From: Octopus sinensis
Lineage: Eukaryota
DNA length: 64,000 nt
Assembly: GCF_006345805.1 (NCBI RefSeq)
Contig: NC_043010.1
Span: 41,540,001 to 41,604,000 of the forward strand
Direction of reading: 5' to 3'
This document shows positions 12,101-24,600 of this stretch, in pieces (within the stretch, counting starts at the first letter, position 1; each line of letters begins with the position of its first letter). Made by a program: the position numbers and the translations under genes. The notes under the pieces were generated by a model, which was not told where the DNA came from, ran no database searches, and saw only the letters and a program-made list of their open reading frames with translations.

Positions 12101-12429
12101 ATATATATGTATGCTATATATATGTACGGATGCATGTACGTGCATGTATACCTCGATATATACCTCGATATATGTGTATTGTGTATGTATTGTATTTAGG
12201 TGTATGTGAGCTGTGCTTGTGCGTGTATATGTGTTTGTATGTGTGTATGTATGTGTTTATATATATATATGTGTGTGTGTGTGTAGAAGTTTGTGTGCGT
12301 ATAGATTTGTGCATGTGCACACGTATATTTGTATATACGTGTGTATATATATGAGTATGTATGCACATGTGTATTTATGTATATATATATATACACGTAT
12401 ATAAGGTGTGAGAAGAATGAGAAAGTAAA

Positions 12430-14345
12430 GCGTTTTGGTAGTCAGTGTGCTCTCATCCAAGAAGGTTCTATATTCTTCTATATTCACCCCCTGTTCTTTG
12501 GGGCTAAAATGTCTCTCAAAGTCCAGTGGTGAGCTCCGCCTCGTAGCAGTTGGCAGTATTCTGTGATGGCTCACAGCGAAAGTGTGTCTGTATTCGGTTT
12601 TAAACTAACTGTCCGACGAATTTTCCCTTATTCAGCTAGGGGTGGGTACCAACTTGCCATCTGAGACCCTAAAGGTCATCCTCAAACTAGATCTCAGGAA
12701 TGCCTTGATAACCTTGGGAGCTCTTGATAAGTTCTTTGCAATTGCGTGGACGAGGAGTGAAAAACTTTGTCGTAGGGGCCTTTGCCTCAACAGTTTCAAA
12801 TGCAAGCTCTGGCACCTCAACCATCGAGCTTTACATTAGCAAACTGTAAACCGGTTTACATCCTTCCCCTCTGTTGCGGTCCTCCCTCATCAACGTTTTA
12901 TTGTCTTAGAATCCCAATCACTGACCGAGCTTTCGGATGCACCTTTCGATCCAAGATTACTAACCTTGATCGATCTTCAAGGAACTCGAATGCTTGGTCA
13001 ATAGCAGACTCTCTCCAGAATCCCGCCACTAGACTGCTTTACCCTAACGATTTGTTGTTCTAGGTTTGCATAAGTGCTCTATCCTAGGGTTGCTGGCGCC
13101 ACGGGCAAGCTAAACTTCGGCGTGTACAAGCTGACGGTCGTGGAAATTTCCTCGTCTTTGTCATACCCTCCTTGGCGCACCCTAGCACATGGCGCCCCGG
13201 GCGACTGCCCGAGATGTCGGTACCTTGAGCCGGCTCTATCTCTATCTCTTCCTTTTTTTCTTTCTTCCATCCATACTTGCTCTCCTTTGTTAGGCAACAT
13301 TCTCTCCTTTCCAACAACGATTAGTTCCAACAGGGATATGAATGAAGCACTGCTACAGTGGAGAGTGCTGGGTTCGTCAGCTCCTGATACAGCTGAGGAT
13401 AGACGGAAGCAGAGTATGAGGCACTCTGCGCTCAGGTGCTTCTTTCAACTCTCTCTTTGAGCAGTCTGATCAATTTCCAAGGTGTCGCCTACTTTCTGCA
13501 AGTGCGAAACTCTCGGGGAACTGGATTGATGCCCAGCCTGTAGCCAACATTGGTAGTCTACTCAGTCTGAATGAGGTTCATATCTCCATTGCATTCAGAG
13601 TGGGAGCCGACCTCTGCGAGAGACTGAGAAGTCGCAGCGGTAGGCCCCCTCAACTCCACAGGCCTTCATGGTTTGTTTTGCCGCCTAAATGCTGGTCGTT
13701 TCGCTCGTCACACCGAGCTAAATTTATTCATTAAGCGGGCCCTGGCTCGGGTTATTATCCCCTCAGTTCTGGAGTGGGCGGGATTATCCAGAAGTGATGG
13801 GATGAAACCAGATGGTCTTACTCTTTGACCCTGGGTAAGAGGTAGGTGCCTCATATGAGACACCACAGTCTGTGACTCCTTTGTTCTCACCCACATCCTT
13901 GATGCTGAGGTAAATGGGAAGGGTTACTATTTCCGTAGCCGAGCGGAACAAAATCCTCAAGTTTCGGGACCTGTCAGTGAACTATCTATTCCAGTCTGTG
14001 GTGCTTGAGATGTTTAGCGGGACTGAACCGCTAACAACGAAGTTCTTGTTACTGGCAGCTCGCCTTACCGAGGTGTCAAATGATGCTCATGTGGGTGCTT
14101 GGCTGTTCCAACACCTTAACCTCACCATCGTCCGTGGCGATGTCGCCAGCGTGGTGGCTTGCTTCAGAACGTTCTGTTAAACCACGTGGTGTGCGACCAT
14201 TTGAAGCACTTAGTGTTGAATTGATGTTTCTTTTTCCTTTCTTTCTCTTTCCTCTCTTTTTCTTCTATTTTTTTCTTCACTCGTGTTTATGCTTTCTTCG
14301 GGTTTTTTCTTCACTTATGTTAATGTTTTCTTCGGATTTTGAAGG
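12430..14345 (+). mobile_element. Degenerate CRE-clade non-LTR retrotransposon (RT and RLE fragments)
   Basis: LRLVAVGSIL..QLGVGT..LKLDLRNA (RT); GLHGLFC..GRFARHTELN..IPSVLE..GLSRSDGMKPDGLTL*PW..DTTVCD (zinc knuckle plus PD-D endonuclease); many stops. Confidence 0.75.
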
Positions 14346-14677
14346 GTTTTAGTCGAGCGAATCGACCCCAGTACTTATCTTTTTAAAGCCTGGTACTTAT
14401 TTTATCGATGTCTTACCAACTGCTAAGTTACAGGGACGTAAACAAACCAACACCAATTGTCAAGTAGTGGTGAACAAACACACACCCACATGCACGCGCA
14501 CACACACATATATATTCATACACGACGGGCTTCTTTCAGTTTCTGCTAACCAAATCATTCACAAGGCTTTGATCAACCCAGAGTTATAGTCGAAAACACT
14601 TGCCCAAGTAGAACTGAACCTGGAACCTTGTGCTTGGAAAACAAACTTCTTACCTCATAGCCACGCCTGCGCCTATG
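14345..14677 (-). mobile_element. SINE family B, diverged
   Basis: Reverse-complement match to family B. Confidence 0.75.
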
Positions 14678-14917
14678 TATTATGTAACTTTGTACGTAAC
14701 GTAGAATAAATTATGCTCATTTACGGAAACGTACGTAACATCTATATGGATCCATTTATGTATGTATGTATGTATGTATGTATGTATGTATGTATGTATG
14801 TATGTATGTATGTATGTATGTATGTATATATATATATATATACACACGTACACACACACACACAAGCGCGCTCACACACACAAGCGCGCTCACACACACA
14901 CACACATACATATATAT

Positions 14918-15092
14918 AGTTAATCCAAACATGAAAACACAAAGAGAAAACACAACAACGCGAGGACGTGGAACAAATATAGTATTATTGGACGCTCAGG
15001 AAGGAAGGGAAGAAGGAGGGTTTAACGTTTCGAGCGGAGCTCTTCGTCGGAAACATAGGAGAAGGAAAGATCTAGAGAAGGGAAGACAGAGG
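14918..15092 (-). mobile_element. Short Penelope pseudo-LTR-like element with hammerhead-like motif
   Basis: Near-identical to 40689-40890; truncated copies at 492-565 and 10427-10513; all adjacent to (TA)n. Confidence 0.6.
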
Positions 15093-15105
15093 ATCATTCT
15101 TCTCA

Positions 15106-15420
15106 TCATCATTTGACGACCGTGTTCCATGCTAGCACTGGTGGGACGGTTCCACAAGAGCCGGCCAGACCGAAGCCTGCACCAGACTTCTGTCACTGTT
15201 TTGGCAGGGTGTTTACAGCTGGATGCCCTTCCTAACACCAACTACTCAGCAGAGTAGTCTTAGTGCTCTTTATGTGGCACAAGCACAGGCGAGGTGAGTA
15301 GTGATTTTTACGTGGCACAAGCATTGGCGAGATTAGTTTTGGCAAGGTTTTTACAGCTGGACGCCCTTCCGAACACCACTCCTTTTACAGTGTGGACTGG
15401 GTGCTTTTAAGTGGTAGCTG
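15106..15420 (-). mobile_element. RTE-related 3' end fragment with (GAT)n tail
   Basis: catgctagca...cagctggatgcccttcctaac motif shared with the RTE 3'UTRs in this window. Confidence 0.7.
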
Positions 15421-15976
15421 CACTTAACAGACCTATTGGCGTATCCTGTTATGGTACAGTATTTATTTTACTTTATAATTATTTATACACCCTGTTACTC
15501 CTAAAGAAAGATTAACCCACCAATTTATATTTCTAGTTTAGTCATTTACTCAACGTCCTGGAGCGCTACACTGCAAAATGGTATGATTTAAATATATTAA
15601 GCCTTCATTCTTCTTCTCGAGGCTCTTCTTTTCTTTTCTTTTCTTTTCTTTTATGTATTTCCTTCACTCTGATGAAGTTCCATGTTCCAGATCGGATGTG
15701 TTACAAAATATCACGAATATTATTCTCAGAATTTTCAATGGCAACACTATAGAACATTGGAAGCAGAAACGGCTGTTAGATGGCAAAAAGTTTTGTATGA
15801 AAAAAAAATCGATGGTAGTCAATTGTTGTTGATCAAGATTTCTCCATTTTCTGCTTAATTTAAATTTTATTCCTGATAAACTCATGTTTATCTTTGTCAT
15901 TGGCTGTATCCTGTGAGCATAATATGCTTGTATATGTATGCCCAGGGTTAACATAGGTAATTATACCGGTAGTAAA

Positions 15977-16017
<41 letters not shown>

Positions 16018-17312
16018 ATAGAAGGATAAAATCGCGATAATGATTTTTATCAGGTAGATAGTATGCAATAAAAATTTATTGAATCAATAATTTTATATAT
16101 ATATAATTATATTAAGGGAGCAAGGGCGAAAAACGACTATCTCCTACATGCTTGAAAATGCCGAGGCACTCAGATACTACTGAAAAACTCCAAAATATAC
16201 ACAGGGTTGTAGTCGGGCGAGTGAAAAAAAAGATATTTAAAATACTTCACGTTAATTGTGAATTGGGTCCAATTTCTGGATTAAAGCCATAAAACAGGAT
16301 TTTTTTCCTTCATCAACACAATACATGAGAAATATAAATACAAATAATTATACATTAGGGTGATGACTTTTTTCAAGTTGAGTAAGGCCGAGGTACCAGA
16401 AATACAAAAAACTCCCCTATCGATGACAATATATTTGACAACACTTTTACTACGGACATGCATATATTGTTCAAGTAATAAGATGTACTGTTATGCATTG
16501 TTACTGTAATAAGGGCAGCCTTATTACACTAACAGCAGTTTTTAGTGATCCTTGTTGGTTAAAACAAATCGCAGATTTAATTTTTTAGAAGACCTACAAT
16601 CTAATTCCTCCATTATTTTTACTGCCCGTTCAGCACATATGTTTGAACGTTGAACATCTTGAATTACTGATTCTTCAAGATTCCATTTAACTTTCAAACA
16701 TTTGCTTGCTTTAGTATATCCAGAAACTGCTTCTGAAAGTTTCTGGTAGGCCATACTGTCAAACCTTTGGTCACAAAAGCATATTTCCATCCAGTTTCCG
16801 CTGATAAAATGACACACGTCATAGAGTTTTTCTCTACTTTGTGGTAGAAGCATGTATGTAAAGATAGCCAAGATTGCTCGTGAATACCAATGTACATTGC
16901 TAATTCTAGGTAGTTTTCTAAATTTAATTTCTGGGAAAATTCTTTGTTGCGGATAAAATCGGAAAGCATGGCCAAGTTCAAATAAAAACTTAAGGTCATC
17001 TCTCCAACCTGGATTTAACATCCATTTCAAGTTTTCCTTCGCCTTGTTTCCATTCTGCCACCAAATCCTCATAGTTGTTTTTATTAAATCGTCCCTGAAC
17101 GGATATGATATATTTGGTGATGCAGTTTTTCCTTTCAGTGTATCATCCATCACAGGTTTTAGGAGGCGGTCTAACACATGATGTTGGCAACCAGTTTATC
17201 CAGGTGCAGGGTATCCACGTTTTACAAATCCGTTCGGCAGTTGAATGACCACTCTAGTACGCTTTCCTGTATTTACACTACATGTGTCTGTATTGATCAT
17301 TTTGATTACTGG

Positions 17313-18032
17313 CCACAAGTATGCTGCTGGAGAGGACCGACCAGGTAAAGGACCTGGGTATCTTGGTGGATTCTTCCTTTTCGCCTTCGGCCCAGTGCGT
17401 CCATGCTGCCAACAAAGCACGCGGAGTTCTGTTTTTGATTCGACGGTCATTCGGAATGCTCACAGCAGCCATATTCCTACCGCTCTAAGTCACGCTGGTG
17501 AGACCCATATTGGAGTACAGGATTCAAGCCTCTTCTCCTTATCTCCTCAAAGACATACATCATCTCGAAAGAGTCCAGAAGCTGGCTACCCGCATGGTTC
17601 TTGGGCTCAAGCATTTGTCTTATGAAGAAAGGCTGAAGACGCTCGACCTTTATTCTCTAGAAAAACGACGACGCCGTGGTGATCTCATTCTTGCTCACAT
17701 CATAAGCGGAAAGTGTAACCTCTCGAAAGAGCTGTTCTTCACTCCTGCTCCAGAGCGTCGGCTGGGGGGGTCACTCCGAAAAGCTCTATCTGCGACGATT
17801 TCATCTCAATCGAAGGAGTGGGGCTTTCTCCGTCCGGATCCGTGGAATAAGCTGCCGGACGAGATAGTGAAGAAGCCGCCGACCGCTTGATTCAAAGTCT
17901 CTCTTGACCAGAAATGGCCTGAACTCTTTGCATGAACACCACCCTGTACCTAACTCCATGTCCCCCTACACGGCCTTACTTTTTGCTTTTTGAGCCAAAA
18001 AATTAACTTAACTTAACTATTAACTTAACTTA
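17313..18032 (+). mobile_element. CR1-type LINE 3' fragment nested in the transposase
   Basis: KDLGILVDSS..AANKA..LVRPILEY..LERVQKLATRMV.GLKHLSYEERLKTLDLYSLEKRRRRGDLI; (TAACT)n tail; the transposase reads EVLDK|YLWPVIKM across the insertion. Confidence 0.88.
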
Positions 18033-18848
18033 TCCAAAACTTCCTTTAGTCCTTGAAAAATGGTATCTGCTCTGCCAGTCTTCAGAGTTAGTGCTGCTAA
18101 TCTAATTTCTCGTGTTGTTTTTCACTACAACAACTTGTCTTTCTTCACCCTTCATAACTTTTCCATCGAAATGGAGCACCCACTGGTCATTTTTTAAAAG
18201 TTTCTTTTAGTTCCTGCTTCATCTTTGCGACTTCTCTCATAGCAGCTTAAGCACTCCTGACTGTGACGGAGTGGGGAGAAGTACTCCTTCCTCTCTCAGC
18301 TGTTTGCAGACGTTGGCTGCTTTATAACTGCTTAAATTCTTTGTTTTTGTTTTTTTTTCAGCAAGTTCGTTGCTTTCTGAGTTGAGTGATGTCGTTGTTT
18401 AGAGTTGCCAACTTGTTTGTCTATTGGTAACGTGATTTCATTTGCAGAATTAGAACTAGGGGTTTCTGATGATGACGATGATGATGATGATGTGTCTGCA
18501 AGAAGTTGGGTACATATCAGTGACATCAATGCATACAAAAATATTTGTGTAATTTTTGAGAATTTTTTTGGTATGTTACTTTACCTGCTTCAACTTGTGA
18601 AGTTGAAGCCGACACTCTTGACGAGAAAGGTGTTCGCTTTGAAGAATGAACCACAGCTAACCGAGTTGTGGCGTAGCCAGTTTATACCATCACTTTGAAT
18701 TTGTGTACTGTAAAAGTCTTTGTCTTCTTTAGATAACCAATTGCCATATTGATTAGTAATGTCAAACAAATCTTCAAAATTTTGACCTGGTTTCGGACAT
18801 TTCAAATGGGTATCGTACCTTGTCAATAGAAAATTTACTTTTCTTACA

Positions 18849-19082
18849 ATATATTTCTTTACTGCCCACAAGGGGCTAAACATAGAGGGAACAAACAAGG
18901 ACAGACGAAGGGATTAAGTCGATTATATCGCCCCCAGTGCGAAACTGGTACTTTATTTGTCGACCCCGAAAGGATGAAAGGCAAAGTCAACCTCGACGGA
19001 ATTTGAACTCAGAACGTAACGACAGACGAAATACCGCTAAGGATTTCGCCCGTCGCGCTAACGTGTCTGCCAAGCTCGCCAC
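18849..19082 (-). mobile_element. SINE family A
   Basis: Full-length reverse-complement copy. Confidence 0.85.
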
Positions 19083-19098
19083 CTTCTTAAAAGTTCTC

Positions 19099-19185
19099 CG
19101 CCCGCAGAGGGACTCGAACCCGCGACCTTCAGATGTCATGAGATGACTTAAAAGTCTGATACTCTACCGACTGAGCCATAGACTT
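19099..19185 (-). pseudogene. tRNA-Lys(TTT) pseudogene with a 14-nt canonical-position intron; 5' acceptor strand missing
   Basis: TGGCTCAGTCGGTAGAGTATCAGACTTTTA[agtcatctcatgac]ATCTGAAGGTCGCGGGTTCGAGTCCCTCTGCGGGCG, compared with the canonical tRNA-Lys(UUU) sequence; trailer GAGAACTTTT; positions 1-7 cannot pair. Confidence 0.85.
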
Positions 19186-20058
19186 AAATGTTATACACGG
19201 AAAATCAAATTTTTTCCATAAATTCCCTAGTTCCTGAGCAATGAGCCGATTACTTGCATCTCTGGAGTTTTTAACTTTTGCTAATGCATTACACCTTCAA
19301 ATGATGCTGGATTTTCTGGGGATTCTAGTTAGTTCGGTTCAACTCATGTTCCACATTCGGAATTATTCTTCGCTTTTTAACAGACTTTTCAAAGTTAGTT
19401 ATATATATATTTTTTTTTTGCCACTTCTTGTTTGCTGCAACTGCTTGACTTGACTGCTTAAACGACATGATCGATGTTTTTATTTCACTGATTAAATCAA
19501 TATATTTTAATATCTGTAATAGAAAGAATAATGCATCAGGGATTATCTCAACAACAAATAATACTACTGAAGATGTGAAACAACTTTAACCACTGTATAT
19601 ATCGTTATTGGTATTTGACCAGGAAGTAACTTCAGTCATAGACTCCTTTAAATCTAATAGAATTGTGTGAAGCACTAATGCCGAACGTAATGTGAGTTTG
19701 ACTTAGGCAATGCAAATGTGACGCATTTGGAAATAGAAATATCAGTTGGTGGGGAAGGTTTTTGAAAGTTTAGAAAAAAATGAACAGCTAGTTACTGTTT
19801 TCTTATCATTTCTCATAGCAGGTCACCCTGGCCATGTTCAATTTCAGAAAAAATTTTAAAAGCCATTACCCTATTACACTGTACGACAGTCGTACAGTGT
19901 TATTATCTCCAAAAGGTTGGATCGTTATAACGTCCGCTCAGTATCAGCACAGACACGACTATCAACACAGTCTTCGACCCCCACCTTGTTAATCAGGTAC
20001 CGGTCTATCTATAATAGCTGGCTACTACTACTTTTTACCGGGAGGACTGTCCGTTTCA

Positions 20059-20460
20059 CTATTCAACACTAGTGTTATAGCCAAAGATACGTTGAGTAGC
20101 AGATATCATTGAGATACAGGAGGATACACCGTTTACTATACTATGTATGTATGCTCTTGAGTGGTTCGAAAAGCGATTAGCATAAGCAAAGTGCTGATTT
20201 GGCTTATGAAATGGCTTGAAGAGACCTGTCCTCAGATCTAAACGAACATCTAAGAAGTTAGGTACTTCACAGTTGTCATTAAGTGTGATAGATAAACCTA
20301 CATTTTTAAAGTGTCTCATAAGATTTATCTTAGTTACATCATAGCTAGCATTACTAGAATTACATATAAAGAGCAAAGCATCATCCTTATAAAGACTTCC
20401 TTCTAGGTTCTGAAATTCATCTTTAATAGAAGTTAATAAGTATATCCCCATTCTTTCTAG
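20059..20460 (-). mobile_element. Penelope-like element RT fragment (Naiad-type motifs); flanking sequence to about 21480 is probably related
   Basis: GSLYKDDAL..NFLDVRLDL..FKPFHKPN..YANRFSNHS matches the PLE RT pattern YRDD / NFLDVTLDL / KPN / SNHP. Confidence 0.8.
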
Positions 20461-21595
20461 TCCAAGACTTATTAAATTTAAGGATCTTTTCAATTTGTAG
20501 TGATCCTATATAACGGTGCGCGCTCACGCACCGTCCATTTCTGTTTCGCGCGTGCGGGGTTGGTGCTTTCACCACCGGAAGAAGGACCATTTGCCTACGT
20601 GGCAGTTTAGCCGCGAGGCAAGGGGATCGTAGGACGTTGACCACCAGCGTCCAAGTAGGCAGTGACTTGAGACACGGCGACCGAAGGCATCAGATGTGTA
20701 ATATTCTCTCTCTGTCCGGATTTGATAGCAGCAGTCAGCCTTTCATAGAAGAAGACGCGTATTATCTTCGTTTCCCCCTGACATTTGTTGCCGACCACAT
20801 CATCTTCTCCCTAATCGGACGCCATCTTGACCAGTGTCGTTTGCATTTGAACACTGTAAATTCTACAGCGATAAAGTTCAGCTCTGACACATACATACCA
20901 AAGGGATACCAGATACACCACTTATTTGTTACTGTCATAAGAGAATAAAGTAGATATATATTTTTTACGTCTGCGTCTTGTTGTTTCTGACTGGTAGAAT
21001 CTGGATATTAAAGCAACGGAAAGTGATTGCACCAACTTGCACCCCAAAAGTGCAGAGAAGATATTCACTGCCGTTTCAAATTTCAGTCGTTTCATATAGC
21101 AAAAAGTGGAGTTTTGTCTCACTTTTTCGTAGCAGTTAAATAGATCATTATTCATTCATAACTCAAGAGAAATGAGTTTTGTAGTTACGGTTTCTTCTAT
21201 AACTACAGCTAGAAAGAAATTGTTTACCCGTTGAGCTGTTGTTTCTGTTGATTCTGCTCATCGATTGTGTTGTTGTTGTTGATGTTATGTCCAGCCATGT
21301 TGCTTGTAGTAACTCTCTGCATGCTAAATTCAAGTTTCAGTTGAAAATCACTACGATCGTGAATAAAAGGCTCCCTCGGTTAATTCATCTGAAGATTAAC
21401 CAGTTATTTAAACAAGGCTACTAGTTGTGGCCCCAAAGTTGAAAATTGTATTCATCGTATTTTCGATAGTCTCCCACACCAAATATGCGACTCGTCACTT
21501 CGAGTATGTATGTATGTATGTATGTATGTATGTGTGTGTGTGTATGTATGTATGTATGTATGTATGTAGGTAGGTAGGTAGGTAGATAGATAGAT

Positions 21596-21656
<61 letters not shown>

Positions 21657-21691
21657 TTATTTTAGCAGCTAGGAGAACTATAATTAAATTT

Positions 21692-23054
21692 GGATCTTTT
21701 CAATTTCAGTCACAGATTTTTTAATTAACTTTTTTTAACTAAACAGTTTGAAACTTCGGATACTGGTTGAATATGTCGGGCAGAACATGATTTACTCTTA
21801 ACGTTTTTGACAAAATTTTGTATTTTAGAAGTTATTTCGTGTTAAAGATGTCGCATTTGTGTAATTTTAACCAATCAATTACATATATTCAGCTGAAGAA
21901 AGTTACTCCTGTTTGCGAAAGTAACGGAAGCGCAACAACATCCGGGTTATCGGGTCATGTTTTGGACGCTGCATACATATATGTACGTAAATACACAAAC
22001 ACATGTATACGTAACACACACACACACGCACACACACACACACATACACACACACACATACCATTACATACACACATGCAACTTTTAAAACGCTGAGGAA
22101 AGGAAAGGAGGTGGGTATTAAGGAGGGAGGGGGATTGTGAAGTTGACAGTTATTCATGCTGTCCATAACACACACACACACACATACACATTCATATGTA
22201 AAGCTGATAAAACCCCGAATGGAAGCAAGGAAAAGGAGAGGGTTTAATAAACTAATATGCAGTGGTAGGGAATTGGTAAGTTTATGTAAGCTGTCGTTCA
22301 GATCGTCAACACACCACTTCACTCTCTCCGTTCTTTCTCATCCAACTTTCTTATCTTTTATACTTTTCTCCCCCCCCTCTCTTTCATGACCCGATGTCCC
22401 AGAGGTTGTTGCTCTTCCATTACTTTTGCAAACAGTAGTAACTTTCTTCAGCTGAATACATGTCACTGATTGGTTAAAATGTGGAGGCGCAATGGCCCAG
22501 TGGTTCGGGCAGCGGACTCGCGGTCATAGGATCGCAGTTTCGATTCCCAGACCAGGCGTTGTGAGTGTTTATTGAGCGAAAACACCTAAAAGCTCCACGA
22601 GGCTCCAGCAGGGATGGTGGTGATCCGTTGCTGTACTCTTTCACCACAACTTTCTCTCACTCTTACTCCGTTCTTGTTGTACCTGTATTTCAAAGGCCGG
22701 CCTTGTCACTCTCTGTGTCACGCTGAATATCCCGAGAACTACGTTAAGGGTGCACGTGTCTGTGGAGTGCTCAGCCACTTCACGTTTAATTTCACGAGCA
22801 GGCTGTTCCGTTGATTCGGATCAACCGGAACCTCATCGTCGTACCGACGGAGTGCTTCCATAAAAAAAAGATTGGTTAAAATTACCCAAATACGACAATT
22901 TTAACACGAAATAACTTCTAAAATACAAAGTTTTGTCAAAAACGTTAAGAGTAAACCGTATTCTACGTGACACATTCAACCAGTATCCGAAGTTTCAAAC
23001 TGTTTAGTTAAAAAAAGTTAATTAAAAAATCTGTGACTGAGATTGAAAAGATCC
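21692..23054. mobile_element. Foldback/Mutator-like non-autonomous element with about 270-bp TIRs
   Basis: GGATCTTTTCAATTTCAGTCACAG...cgggtcatg (21692-21959) mirrored by catgacccg...ctgtgactgagattgaaaagatcc (22385-23054, SINE-interrupted). Confidence 0.8.
22482..22862 (+). mobile_element. tRNA-derived SINE family C inserted in the right TIR
   Basis: A and B boxes; A-tail; TSD gattggttaaaat on both sides; second copy at 59066-59446. Confidence 0.88.
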
Positions 23055-23112
23055 CATATGTAGAACATAAAAAGAAGGTTAGTAACTGTAACTTTTATTA
23101 AGAAATCGAAAA

Positions 23113-23340
23113 TTAACCCTTTCGTTACTCTATTTATTTTGAGATGCTCTGTGTTTCTTTCAATTATTTTAAATATAACAAAGAATTTAGTAAAATAACT
23201 TAGTTATCATTCAGCTAGTGTTAGAAACATAAATTGTGACCAAGGTTTGGTGGAAGATTTTAATTTGAAACTTATGAAAACAAGACATTTGTACTACAGA
23301 GCCAGAGCCGGTTTCAGCCGGGTTGGTAATGAAAGGGTCT
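23113..23340 (+). mobile_element. piggyBac-type MITE
   Basis: TTAA-CCCTTTCGTTAC...GTAATGAAAGGG; four copies in the window. Confidence 0.8.
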
Positions 23341-23589
23341 TCCCAACTCTATAAACAAAAACGAAAACGTGAATGATATATGACCATCACGTGGCTTTGC
23401 AGATAGCGACATCCCAACAGATTCCATAGTGTCTGCCAGCCAAACTACATTACTGGTTCAAGTAACTGACCACTGTCCCCTTTCTATGATTATGGTAAAT
23501 AGCAGACACAACCACAACGATTATTGTAGTAGTAGAGTGGTAGTCAGGATTATATGCCAGCGAAATGTACCCTTACTGAAATTTTCTGA

Positions 23590-24600
23590 GAAAAAATAAC
23601 TTTGGCTTTGAAGGATTCTCTCAAGGAGTTAGGCATTTACTTACACAGGATCAAGCACTACAATTATTATTGATGTAAATGTAAATTTGTAATCTGGATA
23701 TAGAAGCTGGTGGTTTCAAAGCAGTTATCTATAGTTATCTTCTTCCTCTTCAATTTTCAAGGAGATATTCACATTAGCAGGACAGCTGACCTCTGTGATG
23801 GTACATACTTTTTCTTATCTATCTCAACAATATTTGGTCTTGACAGATGTTCTGATGAGAATATTCCACCAGTTTTCCATGTGCCGGTGGTACGTAAAAA
23901 GCACCCACTACACTCTTGGAGTGGTTGGTGTTGGGAAGGGCATCCAGCTGTAGAAACTCTGCCAAATCAAGATTGGAGCCTGGTGCAGCCATCTGGTTCA
24001 CCAGCCGTCAGTCTGAATCATCCAACCCATGCTAGCATGGAAAACGGACGTTAAATGATGATAATGATGATGATGATGATTCAATGGGGGGTTCTCTATA
24101 TCTATTCCAGGACAGTATTTTTTCTGAATGTTATTGTATATTGTTTTTGCGACAATGTTATGTTGCATAGAGGAGAAAGCATTTGGGGGCATCTGCTAAT
24201 CATATGTGTGATGTCTTCCACAGTAATATGATATAATCTACATTTTTGGTTGCATCTTGGCACTCCACAGGCTTCACTGTCTCTTGTTGATTTGGTATTT
24301 AGTAGTAACCTCCTGTTCTTAGATTGCAAATACATAGCCTTCAAAAGTGATGTGATGTAGCGGTCAGAAGTCCAGACAGGCTTTGCTTCATGTCAATGTT
24401 ACTTTCTTCTTCAAGTCTTTGGGAAACATACCCACGCACAGTCTACTTTTGGATATGTTGAAGGTTTCACCTTCAGGTCTTCTTTGAGGTTAGTCTAGTT
24501 ACTTGGGGATTATGTAGGAAGTTATCAGGAAGAGAGTGCTTCCTTAGAAGCCTGCTGTTGACACATAGGATATTGGCTTCTTCACTTTTCAGAACTAACA
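23590..24600 (-). mobile_element. R4/Dong-like LINE fragment interrupted by an RTE 3' end (23877-24080, +)
   Basis: Minus strand CNQKCRLYHITVEDITHMISRCPQM (CCHC knuckle) and YPDYKF-type end. Confidence 0.65.

Larger units (their letters stand above)
16356..19830 (-). mobile_element. hAT-superfamily (hATm-like) DNA transposon, disrupted by nested insertions
   Basis: Minus-strand motifs LHFDGK, DTCSVNTG, GCQHHVLD (CxxH), RDDLKFLFEL, NICAERAVK; possible ends TAGGGTGA (16356) and TCACCCTG (19830); no TSD seen. Confidence 0.75.

Noticed and set aside
15669-15720. CTGATGA hammerhead core (also at 893)
   Set aside because: No closing stem II plus GAAA found nearby
19099-19185. Functional tRNA-Lys gene
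   Set aside because: The acceptor 5' strand is transposase sequence and cannot pair; the T-stem has a mismatch
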